A program made the position numbers and the translations under genes. A stretch of DNA of 62,906 bases, the filler included, from Globobulimina sp. (Eukaryota), in the NCBI GenBank assembly GCA_003354225.1. It is 17 parts of 17 records of this genome, joined end to end, with 100 filler letters (N's around TTAATTAATTAA, not from the genome) between each part and the next. Parts side by side here need not be neighbours in the genome. Positions count along the whole stretch, not along the records: positions 11,127 to 14,734 come from PIVH01002409.1; positions 14,835 to 18,442 come from PIVH01002410.1; positions 18,543 to 22,150 come from PIVH01002411.1; 14 more parts are not named here. One strand, written 5' to 3'. Numbering within the stretch: position 1 is the first letter of the stretch; every line of letters starts with the position of its first letter. This document shows positions 11,127-22,250 of the stretch, piece by piece. The notes below the pieces were generated by a model. That model made no database searches and was not told where the DNA came from. It saw only the letters and a program-made list of their open reading frames with translations.

Positions 11127-14100
11127 CACAATCGACACGATTGGATGAGAAGAATAATGAGTTAGTTGAAATAAGTACAACCAATGAAGAAAATAATAAA
11201 TTGTTTGCAAGTCTGTTGGAGCAATATAAGGATGTATCAATTAAAAGAAAATCATCATTCACAGTAGAAACGGCATTAGCTGTAAATAGACGATTTAGTC
11301 TAAGATTACATGATTGTGATTTGAATAATTGTCCGCATTTATTGCGATTAAAAAAGATATTATCAAAATATAATCAGTTTGTATCTGAGCATGAATGTAA
11401 ATTATCCGATGATGAAACTGAAACTGTGACGGTTGCCGACATAGCAGATATGGATAAACATGATGCTGTCTATGAGCACCATGTCGAACCGGAGACATTT
11501 CATGAAATTGAGCATAAAAATCAAGCTGTTATCATTGAACAAGAAGTAAATGAAAATGATATCACATTTTTGATGAAGATATTTAAGGTATTTATTGCCT
11601 ATATTTGTACATTTTGTATATTTTGTATATTTTGTATATTTTGTTCAGACAATAAGAAACAACCCAAACAACAAAAAATATCAAAACTTGAATGCTGAAA
11701 AAGTGATTCTGAAATTCTCAAATCCTGAAATATGTAAACAAATATTAGTGAATGCCGGATTTAATGAACAACCAAAGGATAAACGGTTAATATTCGATCA
11801 AAGTAAGTTAGAAACATTAAAAGCAACGCATGCGAATTTGAAACAGAAATTGGATCGTTTACATTCGACAAAACATCCAGCCATTATTAGTAACTCTGAA
11901 ATAACGCCCGCCGATCATAAGAATCTACCATCAATTCGGTCAAAAATGGATGAAATCAATGCAATGCTACAAAATAATCCGAAATTTAAATCACTTCTTA
12001 TAAATCCTACCGAAGATCCATTACAGACACAAATAAATTTGAACTCAGATGACTCAGCATTGCGAGAATTGGTTGATGCGGTATCACAGCAATTATTTAA
12101 CAGTCCACGGGATAAAATTGTCAATAAAATATTGGGTCAACGAGGACTATTAACCAATGACAGCGTCATGCAACAGGTTCGTATATGGGTTTGTTTTTAC
12201 ATTTTGATGTATTTTTTTATTTGCTATGTACAGATTAGAATGAAGAGAATGAACAAGGATTTGAACTCAACGAAGGCTACGTATGCGTCGCAAATCGATA
12301 CCATATTAAAGAGAACGTCGAGAATGGATTCAAATCGCATTGACAGCGCGCACACAAATCACACAATGTTCGATGAGCCAATTAATGATACTATTGAACT
12401 GCCAGTGAATCAACATCAAAATATTGAAGATATTTATGACTATGATTATGATAATACAGATTTGTTGAATGATTTTCATCATTTACTATCAAATCATGAC
12501 AATCAATTTGAGGATATTCATAATGGATTGACTGAGCACAAAGAATGTAACGCATTAAATTGTTTTATGCTGAGAAGGAATCGTCGAAACAGAGCAAGTT
12601 CAAGCAATAATAGTCGGAGAATAAGGAAAATCTATTTTAATTTGGATGACAAATATGATTTAGTACAACAGCAATTATTGGACAAAATACATTGTCATTA
12701 TCACCATTCGTTTGATACTGGACATAGAATGAACAGAGCTGAGATCCAACGCATTAAAACTGTGCTGGACAAAGACAACGACAATGAGTTGAATGATAAA
12801 GTAATATCAGAAGTTGCTAAAATCAACCAAGAAAAGAAGAAAATATTCAATCAAAACATAGATATCAAAACATCTAAATTTTCAACCACTGTGGATGAAG
12901 AAACCATTAATTATAGTAACGGCATCAGATATTTCTATTGGAATCATTACAAAACATCGCATCTAACAACAGTGGACCGGGCATCATGGATGAATACAAT
13001 GACAGGAAAGCACGCAAACGAAGGATATTCATTAGCGGATTGGTACATTGCCCGAGCATTTAAGGTGTGTTATATTTCTAAATTTAATTCCCGCACTACG
13101 TGTACTGCGACATTAAGCATTTAAAAGAGGAGGCAATCAATAACAAAATCTACAGTCTGAATAGAGCTCAGTGGGATACATTAGTATTAAAAGCATATTC
13201 ACATTTTAATACTGCTCATTCGAAACGCATTCACTGTCAACACCCTCATTCGCAGTCACATTACGGCATAAAACAAAAAGCGCCGATTCATTTGGCACAT
13301 TTGGTCGCGATGCTGCTATATTGCAATTATGATGACTTACAACGTGCGTTCACTGAAACATACCGCAGGATTCCAGTGAATGAATCTGATGAATCATTAA
13401 AACGCAGACACGCAAATTACGGCAATTTAGGACGATTATTACGAGAATGTGTAGAGTGTTATGGAGCAAATCAAGCTTATTCTGATACGCCATGTGTGTA
13501 TCACGGGATTACTATAAAAGCAAACTTTTCGGCGTCGATTATATGTTTTAAAGGGCCAGTTAGCACTTCTACGGATTTCGTAGTCGCAGCAAAGTTTTGT
13601 GCCAATCGCGGCTTGATTTTGCATTTACATTTGGATGCATATTGGAGTGTACATGCCAATTATTTCAAAAACAAAGGAATAGCAATGTTTGATTGTGAAT
13701 GGCTCAGTGATTATCCACAGGAACGGGAGAGATTTTTTATTGGCGGATTTGCAAATTTCACCATGAGCAGTATTGTTATGGCAGCAGAGGGCGTCAATTA
13801 CGGTGCATATATTCATGCGTTGAATAAAATATTTGTTGCGATCAGGAAAGATGCTTCAAAAAATAATAAAGTTTGGGCTAAATTCGAAAGTGAATATGAA
13901 AAGGATACGATTGATGCGATATGTTTTAGATTGTTATCAGATTTGTTGCATACACATTATCCAAATAATAGCCAGTATCATAGTTTTAACTCATTGCCAG
14001 AATACGTGAGGAAATTAGTGAGATCTCACTTTGCTGTCGTTAGTAATTTGTGTTTATTTAATAAAAGATTTAGATTGAAACGAAATGATACAATTTTGGA

Positions 14101-14491
14101 AAAAATAATGAGAATGTTTTTTTGGTATGATTTTGGATGGATAAATTTGGAGAAAATGAATAAAGTGTTTCCAGCGTTGAAATATATGGAAGTTCGAGCT
14201 GAGTCATATGAGTTTGTGTTGAATGACTCGACCTATTTATCGATATTATCGCATTTGAAAAGAAAGAGAGATACAAAATTACAAAGGGTTGTTATAAAAA
14301 TTGCAAAACAAGCAAATGTGGTACAGAAAGTGAAAGATATTTGCAGTAAATTTGAAGTAAGATTTAATAGATTGATGTTTACATTGAGGGTAATCGAGTC
14401 ATCAGATGATGCAAAAATTGATATTCGATCAGAAACAACCGATTTGAAATCAAATTTTTTAAAAGTACTTGGATCACAAATTCCAAAATGA
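11127..14491 (+). CDS. Multi-exon protein: PUB-like domain + conserved helical core + ADP-ribosyltransferase-like domain (5' truncated). Introns about 11588-11648, 12177-12233, 13065-13117
   Basis: GT-AG introns join three ORFs in frame. The spliced KIFKTIRNNPNNKKYQNL...ILVNAGF is PUB-like; VYHG, STS and SDYPQERE are ART-like. Confidence 0.7.
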
Positions 14492-14834
14492 AAATGATTT
14501 ATATATTTTATTTGTAGTTTGTGTGTCAATATTGTTTCACTCTTTGTTTTTAATTATATATTTGTATTAGATTTATTATTTTATTATAAATAAAAGAATT
14601 TGTGCAACAATAAAATTGCAGTCAACACTAACAATACGTATGGTTTATTCAAAACATCCTCAGTTATTTTTCTTTTATAGTCCAAAGCACCAAAACACAT
14701 TCCATAATTTATCCAAATGATGATTATAAATCCANNNNNNNNNNNNNNNNNNNNNNNNNNNNNNNNNNNNNNNNNNNNTTAATTAATTAANNNNNNNNNN
14801 NNNNNNNNNNNNNNNNNNNNNNNNNNNNNNNNNN

Positions 14835-15050
14835 AGTCCTTTTGTAAATGTGTCCGTTTGAACTTGGAGTCCTTTTGTAAACGTGTCTGTTTGAACTTGG
14901 AGTCCCTTTGTAAACGTGTCCGTTTGAACTTGGAGTCCTTTTGTAAACGTGTCTGTTTGAACTTGGAGTCCCTTTGTAAACGTGTCCGTTTGAACTTGGA
15001 GTCCCTTTGTAGACAAAGACATGTCCGTTCGAACTTGGAGTTCCTTTGTA
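14835..15050. repeat. Tandem repeat with 30-bp unit (about 7 copies) ggagtccytttgtaaacgtgtcygtttgaactt
   Basis: Direct reading of the sequence; the ORF-track entries here are repeat translations. Confidence 0.95.
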
Positions 15051-15881
15051 AATTTTTAATCGGGAATCGAATCATTTGATCAAATCTTTGAACAGACAGA
15101 CAGACAAAAAACTCCCAAATGTATAAGTAGAAGATAAAAATAAAAAAGATATCTCAAAATATCCTAAATAAAATAAAAAGTACTACATAGTACCAACATT
15201 GTGCGTTTGTAATTCCATTATACAAGTGTCAATCTCTTTTGATTCCGTTTCTTCTAGTGCCTATAAAGAAGAAAGAACCACTGACTGCAAAAGTGTGTGC
15301 ACAGTGCATTGTATGTATTGTATACCTTGATTGAGATCCACCTAACATTTCAGTTCACTTACAGTCAATTGAATTCCACTATCAGTTTCACAGCTGGTGG
15401 GATCGCCAGTCGTAGATGAAGCCATTACCTCATCAGTCGCAACCACAATTGCCTCAGTTTCATTGCAGTTTCCAGTACTCTAAAATTAGAAAATACCAAT
15501 TGTATACCACTACTGTACGTACAAACATAAATACCTCTGATTTTGTACTGCTCCCAGTCGGCAGCTTCTCCACATTCGATGTCATACTGCCTGTATTTTA
15601 GAACCAGAAAATACACAGTAATTGCCTGAAATATAGACTAAAATATAACTTATTATAATAACAAATTGTTTGTTTGTATACAGTATACTGGAAACAACAT
15701 TAGAATATGTAACAGTATTAAACTGAATGAAATTTGAATCAAGGGTTGCAAAATTAAAATATTTATGTATACGATTAAGTATGAAAACTTGTACAGTATC
15801 AACCAGTGATGTAATGTACATTGTAACTACTGTACGAAATATGTATATAAAAATATAAAAAACTGTACAATACATGCTATT

Positions 15882-16190
15882 CAAGTCAAGTCAAGTCTTT
15901 TACTGGCATGTTATATCCCTACTTCACTATAAACTGTACAAGCAAATAACGGGAGCCAGTTACAAAAATAATACTATTACTAAACTAAACAAAAACTGTA
16001 CTATATACATAATAAAATAAAATATCACTTAATTTGAATATAAACCAAGTCGACTAACAATATTTCTAAAAGTAACAGTTTCCAAAAAACGCTCAAAACT
16101 AGTAAAAGGTAAATTAGGTACATTCGGTGGGAGATTGTTCCATATTCTGGCTGCCGAATAGAAAAATGTAGCGCCAGTGGTGACCGTGCT
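15882..16190 (-). mobile_element. 5'-truncated non-LTR retrotransposon (CR1/L2-like) 3' end
   Basis: Minus-strand peptide FFYSAARIWNNLPPNV...SFERFL resembles the LINE ORF2 C-terminus; (GACTT)3 3' tail; flanking TGCTATT at 15875-15881 and 16191-16197. Confidence 0.75.
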
Positions 16191-16461
16191 TGCTATTATA
16201 AGATAACATATAGAAAATAAATTGTCGCGCATTTGTATGAAAACTTGTGCCAATTGGTCACATCGATATATTTACTGCTGGACACCCGCACAAATTTTCC
16301 ATGCTGCAACTACAACATTTTCTTAGCAAACCTGACTACATACATGCAGTACAACAATGTACTAGAGAAAAATTGGGGTTTCACATCATATACAAAGTAT
16401 GTACAATTAATTAAAATTACAATTACAAATTAAAACTACATAATTGTCTGTCTGTACAGTA

Positions 16462-17596
16462 TTAATCGGAATCAGAACTCAGGAGATAATTTGACACTGT
16501 TAATACATCAGGTGCATCTTTTTTACACCACTCTGGAGCATCAGTGGAACGATCATAATAATCCCACAACAGTTCGGTATCCTTGGGAATATGAGTTGCT
16601 GCATGGAAACAAATAAATGGAAATCCCTTTGACGAATAAGCCAAAGATGGTGTTACATTTCTGCGTTTTATCGAATGATTCATCAAAGACATCATATTTT
16701 GAGGGTCAGAAAAGTCCATTTTAGTTGGATCTAAACAGAGCTCCAATTTTCCATGTTTGGATTTTGTTCCAAAGTATTTCGAAATATATTCATTTAGAGG
16801 GGTCGTTGGTTGAACTGCATTAAACTGCAGCAGATAGCATCCAGCTTCCTCTTCTGCATAACGAATGTTCCGTTTGTCAGCAACTTTTTTGGTAATTAGA
16901 TCACCAGGATATGCACCTGTAATATTAGACAGTGTTAAACGGCCTACAGGTACGGAAACGCTAAAGTACGCCTTTTGCACACTATTTTGGGTTAAATTTG
17001 AACTACAAATGCAATTTTTCATTTTTGACTTTCCGAATAAACGCGGGGGCATGTTTTGGTTATAAACTGAGTCTGCAGAAAATGTTAAAACCAAACAAAC
17101 ACGCCAACCACGGCTATGATTGATATGTACATACCGACAAATGTATATTGTTTCAGTGCTTCAGTTGTAGTAAATACACCGCGTCCCTTCTTTTCATCAA
17201 CAATCTTAACAGTTAGACATTCTTGGAGTGAAAATCCTTGTCCGGGATTTAGTGACGAAATCACTGACACCTTTTGTTCATTTTGTTGGCATTTAAATTT
17301 CGATGCAGGAACTCTTGTACTTCGGCGTGGATCATTTTTGCTGTCTCTGCAAGAGGACATACATACTGTACATACATTCTACATACCTTCGTAAACTACG
17401 GTAGAAAAACGATTGCTCTGTAGGATGGACTTCTATAAAGGCGCATAAATGTCCTGACTGTATATACAGAAAAATGCACCTTGTACCTGTTGTTGTATCC
17501 AATTTTACTCACTCTTTCTTCTCGGTTGTTCTCTTCCGAATCAGAATCGGATTCGTTTTCATATTGTCCCCAATTAACTGCCGGTGGCCAAAACAT
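16462..17596 (-). CDS. SET-domain lysine methyltransferase, SETD8/PR-Set7-like, multi-exon (one intron 16917-17134)
   Basis: KGRGVF...YPGDLI...GCY...CLDPT...MNHS...ELLWDYYDRS parallels SETD8 KGRGV...YHGDLI...GCY...CVDAT...INHS...ELLYDYGDRS. Confidence 0.8.
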
Positions 17597-17740
17597 GGAC
17601 AAAAATAAACTTGTAGACGGCTAAATTATACCAAAAAGGTAAATCGGAAAAACGGCCTTATTATATTAAAAAGGTTGTTTTTTCGATGATTGTCTTTTCA
17701 TTTTTGGGCCGGGCGCCGTGCGCGAATTGTATAAAAAATA

Positions 17741-17965
17741 TGGTAATATCTTAAACGAGCCCCCGAGCCCCAAGCCCCGAGCCGCCAAAAACCGAGCCCC
17801 GGTGCATGTTTTTGGGGGTTTTAGTCTAAACGCGCTTCGCGCTCACTAAACGGCGCACTCCGCGCGGAAATCAAAATAAATTAATCCGGTCGTCGAATTT
17901 CTTAAAAAAAGTGCACCGGGGCTCGGTTTGCTTGGGGCTCGGGGGCTCGTTTAAAGATATTACCA
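17741..17965. mobile_element. MITE-like element with about 55-65 bp GC-rich inverted repeats
   Basis: tggtaatatcttaaacgagcccccgagccccaagc...aaaccgagccccggtgca at the left, and its reverse complement at 17912-17965; no clear TSD. Confidence 0.7.
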
Positions 17966-18014
17966 GAATTTTTCACTAATTTGTCATATGTCCTACCGTA
18001 ACCTTCCTAATTTT

Positions 18015-18280
18015 CGCGATTGATAAACTGGGCAGTCGAACAGGGAATATCGAGCAGTGGAGCAGTGAGAAAAAATGTGACAAAATTAACGACAGAAATG
18101 AAGTATTAAATAAAAATAATATCGATAATTAGCAGCAAGCGGAATAAATTGATTCATTAAGCGAAGCTTAGGCTTCGTAGCCCAGTTTCACAATCGCCAT
18201 ACGCTCTGTAATTCATAGAATACAGTACTGCTCCACTGCTCGATATTCCACTGCCCGACCGCCCAGTTTATCAATCGCCA
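18015..18280. mobile_element. MITE with about 52-bp TIRs and a 7-8-bp TSD (CTAATTTT)
   Basis: gcgattgataaactgggc...gaatatcgagcagtggagcagt is inverted at 18226-18278; ctaatttt at 18007-18014 and 18281-18288. Confidence 0.8.
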
Positions 18281-18542
18281 CTAATTTTGTGGCCGAGGGG
18301 AGTTGGCGAGAGGAGGAAAAAAATAAATAATTTTGTGTGGATAGTGTATGTTGTAGAGAGTCGATAATGAAGTTTTAACCTTTAAATTGTAATATTCATG
18401 AATATTATTATATATATATATAATGGATTGCTTTACTGATAGNNNNNNNNNNNNNNNNNNNNNNNNNNNNNNNNNNNNNNNNNNNNTTAATTAATTAANN
18501 NNNNNNNNNNNNNNNNNNNNNNNNNNNNNNNNNNNNNNNNNN

Positions 18543-18743
18543 AAATTCAGAAATTCAGAAATATGAAGAGGAAAATATATAAAAAGAAATTCAGAAATTC
18601 AGAAATTCAGAAATATGAAGAGGAAAATATATAAAAAGAAATTCAGAAATTCAGAAATTCAGAAATATGAAGAGGAAAATATATAAAAAAAATTCAGAAA
18701 TTCAGAAATTCAGAAATTCAGAAATATGAAGAGGAAAATATAT
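18543..18743. repeat. Compound tandem repeat, about 52-bp unit: (aaattcag)n aaatatgaagaggaaaatatataaaaag, 4 copies
   Basis: Direct reading of the sequence. Confidence 0.93.
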
Positions 18744-18809
18744 AACACAAAAAGCACTACGGAAATATGATACGTTTCTGTATATTCCGCACGCATAAAT
18801 TGTGTTATT

Positions 18810-19325
18810 GTGTTGTATAAATTGCATATTACATTGGAACATATCGTTTTGAGAGAATTGCGGAATTATAGACATATTTTGGTGGAGAAATTGCATTTAC
18901 AGTTTAAATTCCATACAAATCAGCATACTGTGAATGGCTTTTATAATGAAATGGCGCCTTTACTCGGTTTGGTGAAGTATGTGGATAATCATTTGGGACG
19001 GCCAAGAGGTCGAAATTCCGATCATTATAAAACCAATTTAGATAAAAGATTCTTTGCGACGTTGTATAACAAAGAAAATATTATTAAGCGCGTTTATGCA
19101 TTGATTGAGGAAAAGAAAATTGGATATCAAAAAATTGTGAAATGTTTAGAGGACCATTGCCCCACAGATATGAATAAAATGGAATTCTTACAAAAAGCAA
19201 TTAATATCGATGATGGCACCATAAATGAAAATTACTTATGTTGGTTATTAGCAAAGTTGCATATATTTGCACGGAAAGGAAAAGAGTGGAAAGATATTGT
19301 AAAATGTTGGGATGATATAAAATGA
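18810..19325 (+). CDS. Hypothetical protein, C-terminal exon or fragment
   Basis: 171-aa ORF with protein-like composition; 5' part unclear next to the tandem repeat. Confidence 0.4.
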   Translation: MLYKLHITLEHIVLRELRNYRHILVEKLHLQFKFHTNQHTVNGFYNEMAPLLGLVKYVDNHLGRPRGRNSDHYKTNLDKRFFATLYNKENIIKRVYALIEEKKIGYQKIVKCLEDHCPTDMNKMEFLQKAINIDDGTINENYLCWLLAKLHIFARKGKEWKDIVKCWDDIK

Positions 19326-19601
19326 AGCAATAAAAAACATTTTTAAAAGTTATAAGCATTTCTATGCAAATAAGGCAATCTGCGTCTCCTTTTTAGGAGG
19401 TTTTTCTTATAAAACTATGTATATTTTGTCATTGCGTGATGAGTTTCTCATTCTGTGATAAAATTGTCTCAAAATTCAGTGTTTAATCAAATTTTTTTGT
19501 TTTTGATGTTTTTGATGTTTTTCCCTTTTTTTGTTTGTTCCTTTCAAGTTTCAATTCAAAAATCTGCGGTTTAATGAAAGAATTATATACTTGGTCAAAT
19601 G

Positions 19602-21902
19602 TTAGGTAGTAACTCTTGTCTCTCTATGCAACTGCCGCAACATATGATGAATAGGTCTTTGTTTATCCTGTAATTGTTTAATATTTTCATTGTTCATCGG
19701 CTTAAAACATCCACAATATATAACATGAGCTAATGCAGTTTGTGATAATGAAGTATCAATGTGATCCATTGCTAAATCTTCCAACGCCGCGGACATTCGT
19801 GGCATCCATTGACCAAAACGTTTTTGCATTTTAATATCATTTTGTATCACTTTTGCTAAACCATAACAAGTATTCAACTTTAAATCCACAATTTTATCCT
19901 CAAATTTGCGAGTAACCTCTTTATCATCCTGCGCATCAAAATAGTTTTTTGTGGATTGCGTAATTATCATACACAAAACATAAATTATCTGCGAATCTAA
20001 AAATAAATCTCGTATATTATCACTGGACACCATGGCAACATTATCCTTTTCCTGTTTTACTTTCCCTGTCTTTCCCTCCTTCTCTTCATCAATGCCAATC
20101 ACATCAAATATATCATTGACAGCACTCACAAAATAAATTAAATCATTCAGTTGTCGCAAGTTTTTATTTTTATTTTTGTTGCATGGAAAGTGACATTTTA
20201 TAAAATTTTCACTCATTCTCTCCTTGATGCCCTTGATGGATAAATCATATTTATGTTTATTGTTCGCTTTAAGCTCTCCAATGATGGCATCAAATCTATT
20301 CATATTTCCATTATATTTAATTTTGCATAATTTGCCCAATGCGCACATTGCGCCAATCACAAATCTCTTTTTTGAGAAACTTTCAAATAAATATTTCAAC
20401 ACAATTTCGCGATCATATTCATCCTCATCCAGCACATTGCTTTTGTCCTCCATACTTTTGTCCTCCTCCTCATCCATATCCATATCCTCCTTATTATGAA
20501 TATTGTAGCCGCCCAACATACGAATATTCTGTTTAATAATTCTCTGCGTTTTTTTATATTCATCGAGTTGTTTGGCTTCATCTCGTTTCTGTTTTAATTT
20601 CCTTTCTTTCATCGTCAATTTCTTTGTTTGTATGTTATTTTCTGTGTTTTTAAACATAGGGTCATATTGGCTCACTTTCCATTTTTCTTTGGATGGGATG
20701 TTAAAACTGGATAACAACGAAAATATTTGCAAATGTAACTCATCACTCACATGATATGTGGTGTTTTTATTTAAATTATTTATTCTTTCTATTAATTTGA
20801 ATATGTTTCTCCATGCTTTATGTATACAAAACTTCCTATTTCCGATCATATTTTCAGATAATAAACTGCTGAAAGAACAGATCAATTTACATAATAAACT
20901 ATCAATATTTTTATAATAATATTTCTCACCAATTTCAGCATTCATATCAATGCATATTTTATCCAATATATTTAACAATATTTTAAAGCTTTCAGTGCTT
21001 TGAAACTTTGTATTTAATAAATATTTTGAGGACAATTTAGTGTTCGCACAGATTATGTTTATAAAACACAGCGATAACTCTCTTATTTGAATGCAAGAAT
21101 GTTTCAAACATTTACAAATCAGCAACCAACCATTCATTTCATTGAATTTCATCTTATTGGATTCGTTGCGTTGCATCAGATTTAAAATACAGCTCAAACC
21201 ATTAATATATGTCAATAACGCAATATCATTCAATTTGGATTCTTTTTTTCTAATTAATGTCAATTCAAACAATCGTTCATCATTTAATATGTTTAAAATC
21301 GTTGAAATAAATGGAAATTGTTTAGACTCAAAGGTAATTTTACTATTTTGATTGACTAAATTTGCAATTAATTGTATGGCACAACAGCGCAACTTTAAAT
21401 TTTCATATTTTAACGCGTTTTTACTGTCTGACAATATATGGGATAATAATAATAATGTGTTGTATTGCGAGCCATTTATATATAATGGATCTAAGGCAAT
21501 TAATGTTTGCTTATTGTCATACCATTCGGCATCCCGATATACATTCGGTCGATGTGCAATAATGGACAATGTCTTACATGCTGCCGTCTGGATTGCTTTT
21601 GTGTGACCGATGGTCGGTGATAATAGTTTGCATAATGTTGAATACATTCCGAGTGTACGCAATGCACGGACATAAGTGCCCAATTCTTTATTTTTGCCAT
21701 TTTTCTTAAATGTATTTCCTAGTCTCGCCCATTTTTTTACTTCGTTTATTAAGGATGAATAGGCTTCTCCTGTTTTTATTATTTCTTTGATTACAAATGT
21801 CTCAACATATTCGTGTGGATTCTCTAGCGTTGTTTGTATCGATTTGACGGCTCTGGCGTATGCATGTTCTTGTTGTATTATACCGTCATCTTGAGCCGCC
21901 AT
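19602..21902 (-). CDS. Armadillo/HEAT-like helical repeat protein, 766 aa
   Basis: Intact long ORF with ARM-like segments (AIQLIANLVNQN, CILNLMQRNESNKMKFNEMNGWLLICKCL). Confidence 0.65.
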   Translation of the reverse strand: MAAQDDGIIQQEHAYARAVKSIQTTLENPHEYVETFVIKEIIKTGEAYSSLINEVKKWARLGNTFKKNGKNKELGTYVRALRTLGMYSTLCKLLSPTIGHTKAIQTAACKTLSIIAHRPNVYRDAEWYDNKQTLIALDPLYINGSQYNTLLLLSHILSDSKNALKYENLKLRCCAIQLIANLVNQNSKITFESKQFPFISTILNILNDERLFELTLIRKKESKLNDIALLTYINGLSCILNLMQRNESNKMKFNEMNGWLLICKCLKHSCIQIRELSLCFINIICANTKLSSKYLLNTKFQSTESFKILLNILDKICIDMNAEIGEKYYYKNIDSLLCKLICSFSSLLSENMIGNRKFCIHKAWRNIFKLIERINNLNKNTTYHVSDELHLQIFSLLSSFNIPSKEKWKVSQYDPMFKNTENNIQTKKLTMKERKLKQKRDEAKQLDEYKKTQRIIKQNIRMLGGYNIHNKEDMDMDEEEDKSMEDKSNVLDEDEYDREIVLKYLFESFSKKRFVIGAMCALGKLCKIKYNGNMNRFDAIIGELKANNKHKYDLSIKGIKERMSENFIKCHFPCNKNKNKNLRQLNDLIYFVSAVNDIFDVIGIDEEKEGKTGKVKQEKDNVAMVSSDNIRDLFLDSQIIYVLCMIITQSTKNYFDAQDDKEVTRKFEDKIVDLKLNTCYGLAKVIQNDIKMQKRFGQWMPRMSAALEDLAMDHIDTSLSQTALAHVIYCGCFKPMNNENIKQLQDKQRPIHHMLRQLHRETRVTT

Positions 21903-22250
21903 GACAAAACAAAAAAGTTTTTTAAAAAAATAAAATAAAAATTAACACATTTAATAATAATAAACAAAAAATTAATAAAAAACACATAAAAAATTTTTAT
22001 TATTATTTTATTACTTTATTTTTTGAATTTTTACTTTTCTTTTCTTACTTTTAATATGTATCAATCAATAGAGATAATTGATTTTTTTATATAATGTATT
22101 ACTAATATTAATTATGTATACAATATAATAAATTATAATTAATCTTTTCTNNNNNNNNNNNNNNNNNNNNNNNNNNNNNNNNNNNNNNNNNNNNTTAATT
22201 AATTAANNNNNNNNNNNNNNNNNNNNNNNNNNNNNNNNNNNNNNNNNNNN

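Noticed and set aside
14779-15079. Repeat-protein ORFs (DSKFKRTRLQ / TKGLQVQTDTF)
   Set aside because: These are translations of a 30-bp tandem repeat that is open in several frames; there is no coding evidence.
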